Shown piece after piece: positions 52,518 to 63,444 of a DNA stretch of 64,000 nt. Under the pieces are notes generated by a model. It saw nothing but the letters and a program-made list of their open reading frames with translations. It was not told the DNA's origin and did not search any database. The stretch is from assembly GCA_028708605.1 (NCBI GenBank), contig JAQVYS010000002.1, forward strand, positions 82 to 64,081. The letters are read 5' to 3'. Position 1 is the first letter of the stretch. Every line of letters starts with the position of its first letter. This DNA is from Bacillota bacterium (lineage in GTDB: Bacteria; Bacillota; DTU065). The translations under genes were made by a program, and so were the position numbers.

Positions 52518-52800
52518 ACGGGTCACCTCCCTAAAAAAGTTTAAAAAAACCTCACCCCCTAAAGGGGCGAGGTTAATTCGCGGTACCACCCTATTTTGTA
52601 CTCTTTGCAACTATTACGGGCGCACCCGATCAAGACTACTAAAAAGCTCTAAAGCTTCTTTTCGCATTGACAACTCAAGAGCGATGCTTCCTGACCATCC
52701 CTTACCGCTCTCCCACCAAGTGGCGGCTCTCTATAAAGGAATTAAGACAGTACTGCTCTCCTTCTTCGTCTTTGTTAAATATTCATTTTAGAAAAGGTTT
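52518..52800 (-). promoter_or_regulatory. T-box riboswitch leader of the ilv-leu operon
   Basis: The minus strand carries AAAATAGGGTGGTACCGCGAATTAA (T-box consensus), followed by the terminator CCTCGCCCCTTTAGGGGGTGAGG plus TTTTTTT and then the RBS. A possible CTC (Leu) specifier lies in …GAAGCATCGCTCTTGAG…. Confidence 0.65.
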
Positions 52801-53016
52801 TGTTTTTCAGTATACGTTTTTTTTACCCCTGTGTCAACAAAAATTTCGTGTTTTTTTGTATACATTGAGAAGACTCTAAACCCATTATTAAACCGGAGTA
52901 TTCTATTACTTATACAAGACTAAAAAAACTCTATAAATAATGTAAGGCAGACGAAAAATTTCTGTAAGATGACACTTGTCTGTTAGAACATATCTCTACT
53001 GTGCTAAGATAGGAAT

Positions 53017-54186
53017 ATGAAAAAGAGCAACATATCATCAAACATTATCGTCAACGTTTTGACTAAGCAATGTCTAGGAAAGGCGGGAAGTACTTTGCTT
53101 AAATCTAAGCCTTTTAAAGTAGCTATATGGATCTTACTAGTCTTTTTGATTCTCCTAGTTGCCTCTCAAATATCGTTTATTTTCAATCCTTTAATAAGTG
53201 CCTTAAAGACCATACTAGTTCCACTTCTTTTTGCATGAGTTTTCTATTACCTAACTAAACCTGCGATTTTTTGGTTGGAATCTAAAAAAACGCCTCGCTC
53301 TGTTGCTATTTTAGCTATATACATCCTGGTTTTTGTCTTAATTTTACTTTTAGTCTTATATCTGATCCCAGTTTTAAAAACGCAATTCTCAAATCTAGCA
53401 GTTAATCTGCCAAAATTGATAACGACACTAGAGACCTATTCTAGCGAATTCCAGGAATCTAGGCTATTTTCTAAGGTTGAGAGTTTAGAAGTGATTGAAA
53501 ATCTGAGAAATGTAGATTATACGGCTCTTTTAAACAAAATAATAGGTGCTATTAGCAATAACGCTTTTTCCTTCGTAGGTTCGGTGTTTAATGTGTTTAT
53601 TGTGATCTTCACAGTTCCGATTTTTCTGTTTTACATTGTCAAAGATGGAGAGAAGCTGTCTAGAGGAACTGTAAATCTATTCCCAAAGCCTTTTAGGTCT
53701 AAAGCAGCAAGTCTATTTCAAGAGATTGACCAAACCTTAAGTGCAGATATTTCCGGACTTTTAACAGTAGGGTTTCTAGTTGGATTCTTGGCTTATATTG
53801 GTTATCGCATTATCGGTATCGACTATGCTCTACTTCTTGCTGTTATAGCTGGAATAACTGAAATTATTCCCTATCTAGGACCTGTGCTTGGAACAATCCC
53901 CGGAATAATCTTAGGCCTTACCTATTCTCCACTAGTCGCTCTAGAGGTCTTGCTTATGATGATAGTTATCCAGCAAATAGCAAGTAGGGTGATCTCACCT
54001 GTTGTTATCGGCAAAAAGTTAAATTTACATCCTATTATCATTATGAGTTTGCTACTTATAGCAGGCAACTTAGGCGGAATAATCGGTATGATCTTTGCTG
54101 TGCCTCTTTTTGCAGTAATAAAAATAACTTTATCTCACCTTAGTGCTTGGAGAAAAGAAAGCCAAAATCTTAAAAATGCCAACTAA
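53017..54186 (+). pseudogene. AI-2E family transporter (PF01594) interrupted by a single in-frame TGA
   Basis: Track ORFs 53017–53238 and 53275–54186 are in the same frame and are separated only by TGA at 53236–53238. The joined product …ILVPLLFA*VFYYLTKPAIFWLESKKTPRSVAIL… matches the conserved AI-2E TM1–TM2 region (…VPFILALFIAVILNPLV…R.P…A.L…). Confidence 0.6.
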
Positions 54187-54375
54187 CAAATAGTAGAAGC
54201 CTACTTTACCTTTTTGAGTACCTCTAAGTGCTGGAATAAGGCCTGAAATTGAATACCAAACAAAAGCAAGAAGCATTACTAAAGATAGTGTTACTACAAA
54301 TTGTAATGCTTCTTTTTTTAACCATATTCTGCTAAAACAAAAGCTGGGGATCCCAATGAATTCCCCAGCTTACGC

Positions 54376-56028
54376 TCAATCTTCAAAGATCGCACCTTTA
54401 TCAGCAGAGCTTACTTTTTGGGCATAACGTCTTAAATAGCCTTTTAGCCTTCTTTCTGGTCTTTTCACCTGTTCTTCCATCCGTTTTGCCAACTCTTCTT
54501 TAGAGATATTAAGATCTATTTTACGATTAGGAATGTCGATAATTATTTCATCGCCTTCTCTGATATAAGCAATCGGACCACCTTCTGCAGCTTCTGGTGA
54601 AACATGACCAATTGCAGCTCCACGAGTTGCACCAGAAAACCTACCGTCAGTTATTAGGGCTACAGATTTATCTAGATCCATGCCAAAAACTGCTGAAGTG
54701 GGGCTTAACATTTCTCTCATCCCCGGACCACCTTTTGGCCCTTCGTAGCGAATAACAACAACGTCACCTGGGTTTATCTTGCCACCAAAGATCGCTTCTA
54801 CGGCTTCCTCTTCGCTGTCAAAGACTCTTGCTAGGCCCTTATGGCTCATCATCTCAGGTGCAACGGCGCCTTGTTTTACAACACAGCCTTTAGGAGCAAT
54901 GCTACCCCAAAGTGCTGCAAGGCCGCCTTCTTTTTTATAAGGATTATTTATAGGGCGAATAACCTCACTAGAGAGAGGTTTTTTTAATCTGTCCTTTACT
55001 GTGCCTGAAACAGTTAAAAGATCCGTTTTGATTAGGTTGCCATCTGCAAGTGACTGCATTACGCTTGAAATTCCGCCTGCTGCCTCCAAATCCTCCATAT
55101 GATATTGGCCAGCAGGTCTTAAATAACAGATCTGAGGGATCTTGCGGCTCATTCTGTCTAGATCTTCGAAGGTGATCTTTGTACCTGCTTCATAAGCAAT
55201 TGCTGGCAGATGAAGCGCTGTATTTGTCGAGCATCCTAATGCCATATCAACAGCTAAAGCGTTTAAAAATGCCTCTTGGGTCAGTATCTGACTTGGTCTT
55301 ACGCCTTCTTTAGCAAGCTCTACAGCTCTATAGCCTGTATCGGTAGCTAGCCTAAGTCTTTTCGATGCTACTGCAGGAACAGTGCCGTTACCTGGAAGAG
55401 CGATTCCTAAAGCCTCTGTAAGGCAGTTCATGGAGTTTGCTGTAAACATTCCAGAGCAACTACCACAGGTTGGACATGCTGACTCTTCAAGCTGGTAGAG
55501 CTCATCCTCGTTCATTTTCCCTGAAGTAACTTTCCCTACTGCCTCAAACATGGTAGTAAGATCAATCGCTTCGTCATTGTGCCAACCTTTTAGCATTGGA
55601 CCGCCACTTACTACAATTGCGGGAAGATCAACGCGACACAGTCCCATCAGCATACCAGGGACAATCTTATCGCAGTTAGGTACTAAAACGAGTGCATCAA
55701 AATCGTGAGCTAAGGCCATAGTCTCTACGCTATCTGCAACTATCTCTCTAGATGGCAGTGAATAGCTCATACCTCTATGTCCCATAGCAAGGCCATCACA
55801 GACGCCAATAACGCCAAATTCAAAAGGTACACCACCTGCAAGGCTAATACCTTTTTTTACAGCATCAACAACAAGCTGCAGGTGCATATGACCAGGCACA
55901 ACTGAACTCTGAGCTGTAGCTATGCCAATGAATGGCCGGTCCATCTCTCTATCTGTTAAACCTAAAGCTTTCAATAGCGAACGGTGTGGGGCTCTTTCAA
56001 CTCCCTTAGTTAACGTACTGCTACCCAT
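54376..56028 (-). CDS. ilvD: dihydroxy-acid dehydratase
   Basis: 550-aa IlvD/EDD family protein with Fe-S ligand cysteines (…CPGHMHLQ…, …CDGLAMGH…, …CPTCGSC…). Confidence 0.92.
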   Translation of the reverse strand: MGSSTLTKGVERAPHRSLLKALGLTDREMDRPFIGIATAQSSVVPGHMHLQLVVDAVKKGISLAGGVPFEFGVIGVCDGLAMGHRGMSYSLPSREIVADSVETMALAHDFDALVLVPNCDKIVPGMLMGLCRVDLPAIVVSGGPMLKGWHNDEAIDLTTMFEAVGKVTSGKMNEDELYQLEESACPTCGSCSGMFTANSMNCLTEALGIALPGNGTVPAVASKRLRLATDTGYRAVELAKEGVRPSQILTQEAFLNALAVDMALGCSTNTALHLPAIAYEAGTKITFEDLDRMSRKIPQICYLRPAGQYHMEDLEAAGGISSVMQSLADGNLIKTDLLTVSGTVKDRLKKPLSSEVIRPINNPYKKEGGLAALWGSIAPKGCVVKQGAVAPEMMSHKGLARVFDSEEEAVEAIFGGKINPGDVVVIRYEGPKGGPGMREMLSPTSAVFGMDLDKSVALITDGRFSGATRGAAIGHVSPEAAEGGPIAYIREGDEIIIDIPNRKIDLNISKEELAKRMEEQVKRPERRLKGYLRRYAQKVSSADKGAIFED

Positions 56029-56108
56029 AATCTTCCTCCTTATTAAATTTTTGTTTAGTATATGCTTTGGTGCTAGAGCAAGAATAAGACTGAAAGGAAG
56101 GGGAATCT

Positions 56109-56309
56109 ATGTCATTTAGTACCAAAGAACTAAACTACATCAAAGATGGTCTCTCTTGGGAAGAACTAATGGTCAAAAAATATACTGAACATGCCCAGTA
56201 TTGCCAAGACCAGGAAATCAAAAGCATCTTTAACGGCATGGCACAGTTGCACCAAAACCATTACAACCATCTCTTAGGCCACATAAACGGCCAATCCCAA
56301 CCTCAATAA
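56109..56309 (+). CDS. small helical Coat-F-like protein
   Basis: 66 aa (…LSWEELMVKKYTEHAQYCQDQEIKSIFNGMAQLHQNHYNHLLGHI…), lying 17 bp upstream of a clearer Coat F gene. Confidence 0.4.
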   Translation: MSFSTKELNYIKDGLSWEELMVKKYTEHAQYCQDQEIKSIFNGMAQLHQNHYNHLLGHINGQSQPQ

Positions 56310-56326
56310 TAGAAAGGAGCGTTGAA

Positions 56327-56632
56327 ATGCCTCATTTTCAAAGCGGTTTTACCGATAAAGATCGCATAAATGATATGCTCTCCTGTGAGAAATTCTTGTC
56401 TAGTAACTGGTCTACTGCAGCAAATGAAATGGTTCAACAAGAGCTGTTTCAGGACACAATGCAGTTTTTGAATGAGACTCACAATGCACAACGGCAACTC
56501 TTCCAGGTAATGCAGCAAAAAGGCTGGTACCAAACTGACCAAGCAAACCAGCAGCAGATTAGTCAAACAGCTAGCCAGTACTCGCAAAAAACTCAACCAG
56601 AGGCAAATCGCCAATTTCAAAGTCAATACTAG
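56327..56632 (+). CDS. spore coat protein, Coat F domain (CotF-like)
   Basis: 101 aa. …MLSCEKFLSSNWSTAANE…FLNETHNAQRQLFQVMQQKGWYQ… matches the Coat_F pattern (…HG.ELF.YM.Q.GWY…), and the C-terminus is Q-rich. Confidence 0.5.
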   Translation: MPHFQSGFTDKDRINDMLSCEKFLSSNWSTAANEMVQQELFQDTMQFLNETHNAQRQLFQVMQQKGWYQTDQANQQQISQTASQYSQKTQPEANRQFQSQY

Positions 56633-56643
56633 TAACTATAATT

Positions 56644-56672
56644 TGGGCTCCCTTAAATGGGAGCCTATTTGT
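56644..56672. terminator. hairpin terminator between the coat F genes (+) and argH (-)
   Basis: GGGCTCCCTTAAATGGGAGCCTATTTGTAT. Confidence 0.5.
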
Positions 56673-56769
56673 ATAAGCCGGTTAATAAAGATTCTAAACA
56701 ACTCTTTTGTTTCCTTCTATTAAAATTAAGTGCCAGTTTGTAATATATTTGTTTTACCCAAAGTCTCTT

Positions 56770-58170
56770 TTACTTACTATCTAGCCAAATAGTCTTTTTT
56801 GCTTCAAGCGTCTTTAAAATAGCCATCGACGCATCCTCTACTTGATTTGGAGCAGCCCCGCCTATTATATTCCTTCTTTCTAGACAGCTTTTTGCATCTA
56901 GTTTCTGTAATATTTCTTCATCAATTAATGGAGATATCTCTTGGAGCTTTCCAAGAGGAATATCTGTGATTTCAGTGCTAAGATCTATCCCAAGACGCAC
57001 AACCTCTCCGACAATCCTGTGTGCACTTCTAAAGGGCACACCCCTTAACACAAGAAAATCTGCAAGATCTGTAGCGTTAAGATAGCCTGTTTCAGCAGAC
57101 CGCGCCATCTTTTCTTTGTTAACAGTCATAGTTTTTAAGAGAGGAGTGATTATTTCAAGACAGATTTGAGTTGTATCAACTGCATCAAAGAACGCCTCTT
57201 TATCCTCTTGCATATCCTTGTTATAAGCAAGTGGGAGCCCCTTCAATGTCATTAGAAATCCTAGTAGATTACCACAGACTCTACCAGTTTTGCCACGAAT
57301 TAGTTCTGGGACATCAGGGTTTTTCTTTTGGGGCATAATGCTTGATCCGGTAGAGTAGCTGTCAGATATCTCGACAAATCCAAATTCAAAACTTGAATAA
57401 ATGATCAGTTCTTCTGCAAGTCTAGAAAGATGGACCATAGTAAGCGAGCAAGCATAGAGATAGTCTAGGACAAAATCACGGTCGCTAACTCCATCTAGAG
57501 AATTTTGACTGATGGCCCTAAATTGCAGTAGCTCTCTAGTAAGCTCTCTATCTATCTTGTAAGGAGTCCCTGCAAGAGCTCCTGAACCAAGCGGTAGTAC
57601 GTCACATCTCTTGTAGGCCTCTTCGAACCTATCTAAATCCCTTAAAAACATCTGGGCATAGGCTAAAAGTTGGTGACCATAACTGATTGGTTGAGCCTTT
57701 TGTAGGTGAGTATAACCTGGAACAAGAGTGTTTGAATGATCTTTTCCAAGTAAGGCTAGAGTCTCAATTAACTCCAACAAAAGCTTTATCGTTTGCTTTA
57801 AGCTTTTTTTAGTATACAGCCGAAGATCGGTGGCAACTTGGTCGTTTCTACTCCGGGCAGTATGGAGTTTTTTGCCTAGGTCGCCACATTTTTCAATTAA
57901 CCATATCTCAATTTGCGTGTGGATATCCTCTACAGAAAAGTCAAATTCACGTTTTCCAGTTAAGATTTCGTTTTTAATCTCCTTTAGCGCACTAACAAGC
58001 TCTTTCCCTTCAGCTTCTGTTAGAATCCCTTTCTGAGAAAGCATAGTCCCGTGGGCTATGCTTCCTTCAATGTCCTCTTCCCAAAGACGATAATCAAAAG
58101 GTAGTGAGTTGTTAAACTTCTCTAAAAGCTGGCTCTGTCCCTCACTAAAGCGTCCTCCCCAGAGCTTCAT
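56770..58170 (-). CDS. argH: argininosuccinate lyase
   Basis: Fumarate-lyase signature region (…[12 protein letters not shown]…). 466 aa. Confidence 0.92.
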   Translation of the reverse strand: MKLWGGRFSEGQSQLLEKFNNSLPFDYRLWEEDIEGSIAHGTMLSQKGILTEAEGKELVSALKEIKNEILTGKREFDFSVEDIHTQIEIWLIEKCGDLGKKLHTARSRNDQVATDLRLYTKKSLKQTIKLLLELIETLALLGKDHSNTLVPGYTHLQKAQPISYGHQLLAYAQMFLRDLDRFEEAYKRCDVLPLGSGALAGTPYKIDRELTRELLQFRAISQNSLDGVSDRDFVLDYLYACSLTMVHLSRLAEELIIYSSFEFGFVEISDSYSTGSSIMPQKKNPDVPELIRGKTGRVCGNLLGFLMTLKGLPLAYNKDMQEDKEAFFDAVDTTQICLEIITPLLKTMTVNKEKMARSAETGYLNATDLADFLVLRGVPFRSAHRIVGEVVRLGIDLSTEITDIPLGKLQEISPLIDEEILQKLDAKSCLERRNIIGGAAPNQVEDASMAILKTLEAKKTIWLDSK

Positions 58171-59372
58171 ATCTTGAGTCCTGCTACTTTAGAAGCTACT
58201 TTAGTTTGCAAACCAAAGAGTTTGATAAACCCTTCAGAGTCCTTTTGGCTATAGACATTATCTTCATCAAAAGTCGCTAGACTTTCAGAGTACAGAGATT
58301 TGTCAGCATAGCGACCTACTACTGTTATAGAGCCTTTGTAAAGCTTTAGTTTTACCCAGCCTGTCATGTTCTCGCTGGCTGCATCTACGAAAGCATCCAA
58401 GGTCTTTTTAAATGGAGACCACCAGAGGCCGTTGTAAACTAACTCAGCATATTTTCTAGCAACTTCCTCCTTAAAACGGAAGGTATCCTTATCTAAAACA
58501 AGATATTCTAGTTCTTTGTGAGCGGTCATAAGGATAGTTCCACCAGGAGTTTCGTAAACGCCACGGCTCTTCATGCCCACAAGCCGGTCCTCTACAATAT
58601 CCACCCTTCCGATGCCATGCTTTGCACCTAAATCATTTAACTTTTCTATTAAAGCTACTGGGGCTAGTTTTTGGTCGTTAACTTTCACAGGGATACCTTT
58701 TTCAAAAGCAATGGTAAGGTATTCAGGAGTATTAGGTGCCTTTTCTGGTGCTGTAGTTGTAAGGAACATATCATCTAGTGGTTCATTGGCAGGATCCTCT
58801 AGAATGCCACCTTCATAGGAGATATGCCAGAGGTTTCTGTCCATGCTATAAGGCTTTTCCTTAGTAACTGGAACTGAAATTCCACGTTCTTTTGCATAGT
58901 CGATAGCTTGGGGGCGGCTTTTAATGTCCCAAATTCTCCAAGGGGCAATAATCGGCAAATCTGGTGCAAAAGCTTGAAAGGTCAGTTCAAAGCGGACCTG
59001 ATCATTGCCCTTTCCAGTGCATCCGTGGCAAAATGCATCACAGCCGGTATTTATGGCAACCTCCACGATTTTTTTAGCAATTAGAGGTCTTGCAATAGCT
59101 GTTCCGTTAAGATATTTACCTTGATAAATGGCATCTGCCTTTACCATAGGGAAAATGTAATCAATGACAAACTCTTCGGTCACATCGAGATAATAGGCCT
59201 CGGAAGCGCCACTTTTTAATGCTTTAGCTTTAACCTTCTCTCCATCATCCTTTTGTCCCACATCTACAGCTACTGCTACTACCTCGCAGTCATGGTTTTC
59301 TTTAAGCCATGGAATAATGATTGATGTATCTAATCCTCCAGAATATGCTAACGCTACTTTTTTAACATCCAT
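58167..59372 (-). CDS. argG: argininosuccinate synthase
   Basis: N-terminal PP-loop AYSGGLDTS. 401 aa, and its stop overlaps the argH start. Confidence 0.92.
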   Translation of the reverse strand: MDVKKVALAYSGGLDTSIIIPWLKENHDCEVVAVAVDVGQKDDGEKVKAKALKSGASEAYYLDVTEEFVIDYIFPMVKADAIYQGKYLNGTAIARPLIAKKIVEVAINTGCDAFCHGCTGKGNDQVRFELTFQAFAPDLPIIAPWRIWDIKSRPQAIDYAKERGISVPVTKEKPYSMDRNLWHISYEGGILEDPANEPLDDMFLTTTAPEKAPNTPEYLTIAFEKGIPVKVNDQKLAPVALIEKLNDLGAKHGIGRVDIVEDRLVGMKSRGVYETPGGTILMTAHKELEYLVLDKDTFRFKEEVARKYAELVYNGLWWSPFKKTLDAFVDAASENMTGWVKLKLYKGSITVVGRYADKSLYSESLATFDEDNVYSQKDSEGFIKLFGLQTKVASKVAGLKI

Positions 59373-59437
59373 TTTACTTCCTCCTTGTTGAAAAGTTATC
59401 CAAGAGTCCTTTTGAAGTCAATTCTCGAAAATTATTT

Positions 59438-60340
59438 TTATAAAAGTGCTGCAAGAATAGCCTTTTGGGCGTGCAACCTATTTTCCGCTTCATCAAATAC
59501 TCTGCTTTGAGGTCCTTCTAAAACCTCAGCTGATACTTCCTCTCCACGGTGAGCTGGCAAGCAGTGCAGAAAGATCGCTTTTTTGTCTGCAAGCTCCATT
59601 AGTTTTTTATCAACCTGATAGCCATTAAAGGCTTTTTTACGCAACTCTGTCTCTTTTTCTTGTCCCATCGATGTCCAAACATCGGTGTAGACAACATAGG
59701 CTCCCTTAACGGCTTCTTTTGGATCTTTAGTAACTGAAATACTTGCTCCCAAGTTTTTAGCGACCCTAACTGCAACTGGATCTGGCTCGTAGCCACTTGG
59801 AGATGCAATCGCTATTTCCATACCTACTTTTGCCGCTGCGAAAATTAGTGCTGTTGCCATATTATTACCGTCACCGATAAAGGCGAGTTTACCGTTTAAG
59901 ACCCCAAAGTTGTCTCTAATAGTAAGAAGATCAGCTAACCCCTGGCAGGGATGATCAAAGTCAGTAAGCCCATTTATGACAGGAATTGAGGCATATTTGG
60001 CTAGTTCATCAACATCGCTTTGAGCAAAGGTTCTGATCATAATTCCGTCTAGATAGCGTGAAAGCACACGTGCGGTATCAGCTACAGTTTCTCCTCTGCC
60101 AAGCTGGATATCTCGCTCAGAAAGGAAGATGGCGTGCCCTCCTAACTGAAGCATACCAACTTCAAAAGAGATTCTAGTTCTAGTTGACGATTTGGCAAAT
60201 ATCATTCCGAGAACCTTGTCTTTTAAAAGTAACTGGTTGTTTTCTCTAAGCTTTACAGCAAGATCCAATAAACTGAGGATCTCTTCTCTTTCAAAGTCCT
60301 TTAGAGATAGGAAATCTCTACCTTTTAAACTACCTAGCAT
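59438..60340 (-). CDS. argF: ornithine carbamoyltransferase
   Basis: STRTR carbamoyl-phosphate motif and HCLP motif. 300 aa, within the arg operon. Confidence 0.85.
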   Translation of the reverse strand: MLGSLKGRDFLSLKDFEREEILSLLDLAVKLRENNQLLLKDKVLGMIFAKSSTRTRISFEVGMLQLGGHAIFLSERDIQLGRGETVADTARVLSRYLDGIMIRTFAQSDVDELAKYASIPVINGLTDFDHPCQGLADLLTIRDNFGVLNGKLAFIGDGNNMATALIFAAAKVGMEIAIASPSGYEPDPVAVRVAKNLGASISVTKDPKEAVKGAYVVYTDVWTSMGQEKETELRKKAFNGYQVDKKLMELADKKAIFLHCLPAHRGEEVSAEVLEGPQSRVFDEAENRLHAQKAILAALL

Positions 60341-63300
60341 ATTCTACCTCCCAGATATTCTTTAAGCTCATAAGGCTTACATTCAGTCAAATCTATGTCC
60401 ATATTTTCAGTGATTAGTCTTAAGGTGTCTAGACTTGTAACTGTAGGTATTCCATATTCTACAGCTTGCCTTCTTAAGAGAAAATCTTCCCTTGACCTGT
60501 CTGGCACAACTACAAGATCAAAATCACCGTTTCTTAATCTATCCCGACTCAAAGTATAGTCAGTGCAGATCTCAAATAAAACACCTTTTTCCTTTAACTT
60601 CTCAAGTTGTGGTAAAAGCTCGTGGTTACCCGTAGCAAGGACTTTGTCACCTGTTTTTAAGACAAGACCTGTGCCAACTAAAGCTTTATAAATCGCGGTT
60701 TTCAAATTAATCCCAAGCCCCAACACCTCTCCTGTAGATCGCATCTCGGGTCCTAGTAAAACCTCAACGTTTTTGAGCTTGGCAAAGCTAAATACAGGCG
60801 CTTTGACTGCGAAGTAAGGCTTTGGTGGAAGTAGGCCAAGTCCATAAGGGTTATCTCTTAATGACTCCCCAAGCATTGCACGGACCGCAAGTTCCACTAG
60901 GGGAACACCTGTGACTTTGCTTAACATTGGAAGAGTTCTTGAACCTCTAGGATTGATCTCCAAAATAAAGATTTGGTTATTATAGATTACATATTGAATG
61001 TTTACAACACCTCTAATGCCTAAAGCTCTACAGATAGAGGTAGTGTAAAGAGCGATTTTTTCTTCTTCGTTTTTAGTAATACCTATTGTAGGATAGACTG
61101 CAACTGAGTCTCCCGAGTGGATTCCTGCACGCTCAATATGCTCTAGAATCCCAGGAATAATAACATTGGTTCCATCGCTAACTGCATCTACTTCGAGCTC
61201 TTTTCCCGCAAGATACCTGTCTACTAAAACAGGATGGTCGCTGGAGATACTTACAGCTAGCTTAAGATAACGGTAGAGTTCATCCTCGCTTCTTACTATC
61301 TCCATGGCTCTACCACCTATGACATATGACGGTCTTACTACAAGAGGAAACCCCAGTTTTAAGCCGATACCCATAGCCTCTTGCAACGAAAAAGCTGATC
61401 CACCTTCTGCTTGGGGAATCCCTAGATGCTCTAAAAACTCATGGCATTTTTCTCTATCTTCAGCTAGGTCGATGGCACTCATTGCTGTCCCAAGAACTGG
61501 CAGTCCATAAAGTGCAAGAGTTTCTGCTAGGTTAATTGCTGTTTGACCGCCAAACTGTACGATGATGCCATCCACTTTTTCTCTCAAAGCCACTGCTAGG
61601 ACATCTTCCTCGGTTAGAGGTTCAAAGTAAAGCCTGTCTGCGGTATCGAAGTCAGTCGACACTGTTTCTGGATTATTATTTATAATAACAGCTTCCCAAC
61701 CAAGTCTTTGCAGAGCCCAAACCGCATGTACACTAGAGTAATCAAACTCGATCCCTTGACCGATTCTAATTGGCCCTGAACCAATCACAAGAGCTCTAGG
61801 TTTAGTCTTTGCAGAAAGCAGATCCTCTTTTTCAGACTTTTTATAGGTGGAATAGAAGTAGGGACTTTCAGCGCGAGTACCAGCTTCTGTGGAGATAGCT
61901 CTATACTTGGGAGTTATCTCTTGTTCTATCCGTTTTTCTCGAAAAGTCTTCTCACTGGTATTTAGACGCACTTTTAGAGATTTATCACTTAATCCTAATT
62001 TCTTTAACTCATATATAGTGTGACCTTCAGAATTCACTTCAGTTTTAACAATCTTTTGCAAAGTCTCTATAAAGTATGGAGAGATGCCAGTGAGACGATT
62101 AGCTTCACTTATACTCATTCCTCCTGCAAGAGCCTTAGCCAGATAGAAAAAACGCTCATCTGAGTTGGTTTTAAGATTGTGGCTTAACATCTCTACAGAA
62201 AAATCTGGTCCGTCAAGAAAGCTAAATCTGCCAATTTCTAATGATCTAACCGCTTTTCCTAGTGCTTCTTCTAGATTAGTGCCAATTGACATGATTTCAC
62301 CTGTTGACTTCATTTGAGTACCAAGGGTCCTGTCTGCAGAGATGAATTTATCAAAAGGCCAGCGAGGAAATTTACAGACAACATAATCTACTTTTGGTGT
62401 TACATTGCCCCAGCTTCTTTCGCTAACAGGATTTTTAATTTCGTTTAAGGTCATTCCAAGCGCAAGTAAAGCTGTAACTTTAGCAATTGGATAACCAGTT
62501 GCCTTCGACGCTAGAGCTGAAGAACGACTAACCCTAGGATTTACCTCAATAATGTAAAACTCATCTGTTGTGGGGTGTATTGCATACTGCACATTACAGC
62601 CACCTTCGATTTTTAGAGATTCTATGATCTTTATTGCAGCATCTTCTAAGAGACTTAACTGTTTGTCAGTTAAAGTTTGAATAGGACAAACTACAATACT
62701 GTCTCCTGTATGAACACCTACTGGATCTATGTTTTCCATCCCACAGATAATAATAGTTGTGCCTGTGCGGTCTCTCATAACCTCAAACTCAATCTCTCTA
62801 AAACCTAAAAGACTTTGCTCAAGGAGGATCTGGGAGATGCGGCTGCTTTTAATGCCACTTTCTGCAATCTCTTTGAGAGATTCAGTCTCATTTGCTACTC
62901 CTCCACCTGTCCCGCCTAAAGTAAAGGCTGGGCGAACTATTAAAGGAAAGCCTATCTCTTTACTAAAATCAAGAGCTTCCTTGGTGGATGTTACAGTTTT
63001 ACTTTTAGGGACAGGGATGCCTATTTTGGTCATTAAGTTTTTAAATAGCTCCCTGTCTTCAGCGTTTAAGATTGCTTCAAGAGGAGTGCCAAGAAGCTTT
63101 ATATTATATTTTTCTAAGATTTTAGCTTTGGCAAGCTCAACCGAAAGATTTAAACCTGTTTGCCCTCCTAGACCAGGCAAGAGACCGTCAGGTCTTTCTT
63201 TAGAAATTATTGCCTCTAGACTATCTATAGTAAGCGGTTCTAGATAGACCTTATCCGCGATCTCAGGATCTGTCATAATCGTAGCTGGGTTGTTATTTAC

Positions 63301-63417
63301 TAGAACTACTTCTGCTCCGGCTTGTTTTAATGCCAAGCAAGCCTGAGTACCAGCGTAATCAAACTCTGCTGCTTGCCCGATCACTATAGGTCCAGAGCCT
63401 ATTACAAGTATTTTCAT
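60334..63417 (-). CDS. carB: carbamoyl-phosphate synthase large subunit
   Basis: Two ATP-grasp repeats (MKILVIGSGPIVIGQAAEFDY… and …ALVIGSGPIRIGQGIEFDY…) plus an MGS-like C-terminus. The start is trimmed to the second ATG, which is preceded by GGAGG at 8 nt. Confidence 0.88.
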   Translation of the reverse strand: MKILVIGSGPIVIGQAAEFDYAGTQACLALKQAGAEVVLVNNNPATIMTDPEIADKVYLEPLTIDSLEAIISKERPDGLLPGLGGQTGLNLSVELAKAKILEKYNIKLLGTPLEAILNAEDRELFKNLMTKIGIPVPKSKTVTSTKEALDFSKEIGFPLIVRPAFTLGGTGGGVANETESLKEIAESGIKSSRISQILLEQSLLGFREIEFEVMRDRTGTTIIICGMENIDPVGVHTGDSIVVCPIQTLTDKQLSLLEDAAIKIIESLKIEGGCNVQYAIHPTTDEFYIIEVNPRVSRSSALASKATGYPIAKVTALLALGMTLNEIKNPVSERSWGNVTPKVDYVVCKFPRWPFDKFISADRTLGTQMKSTGEIMSIGTNLEEALGKAVRSLEIGRFSFLDGPDFSVEMLSHNLKTNSDERFFYLAKALAGGMSISEANRLTGISPYFIETLQKIVKTEVNSEGHTIYELKKLGLSDKSLKVRLNTSEKTFREKRIEQEITPKYRAISTEAGTRAESPYFYSTYKKSEKEDLLSAKTKPRALVIGSGPIRIGQGIEFDYSSVHAVWALQRLGWEAVIINNNPETVSTDFDTADRLYFEPLTEEDVLAVALREKVDGIIVQFGGQTAINLAETLALYGLPVLGTAMSAIDLAEDREKCHEFLEHLGIPQAEGGSAFSLQEAMGIGLKLGFPLVVRPSYVIGGRAMEIVRSEDELYRYLKLAVSISSDHPVLVDRYLAGKELEVDAVSDGTNVIIPGILEHIERAGIHSGDSVAVYPTIGITKNEEEKIALYTTSICRALGIRGVVNIQYVIYNNQIFILEINPRGSRTLPMLSKVTGVPLVELAVRAMLGESLRDNPYGLGLLPPKPYFAVKAPVFSFAKLKNVEVLLGPEMRSTGEVLGLGINLKTAIYKALVGTGLVLKTGDKVLATGNHELLPQLEKLKEKGVLFEICTDYTLSRDRLRNGDFDLVVVPDRSREDFLLRRQAVEYGIPTVTSLDTLRLITENMDIDLTECKPYELKEYLGGRIC

Positions 63418-63444
63418 ATCCGCTACCTCCATTTTAGAGACTAT

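Noticed and set aside
53236-53238. Possibility that TGA is recoded (Trp, Gly or Sec) genome-wide, which would explain the interrupted AI-2E gene.
   Set aside because: TGA terminates well-conserved proteins elsewhere in the window at their expected C-termini, for example obg, ilvB (…QNDE*) and the small ORF before proB. Global recoding is therefore unlikely. I kept it as a local nonsense or read-through finding instead.
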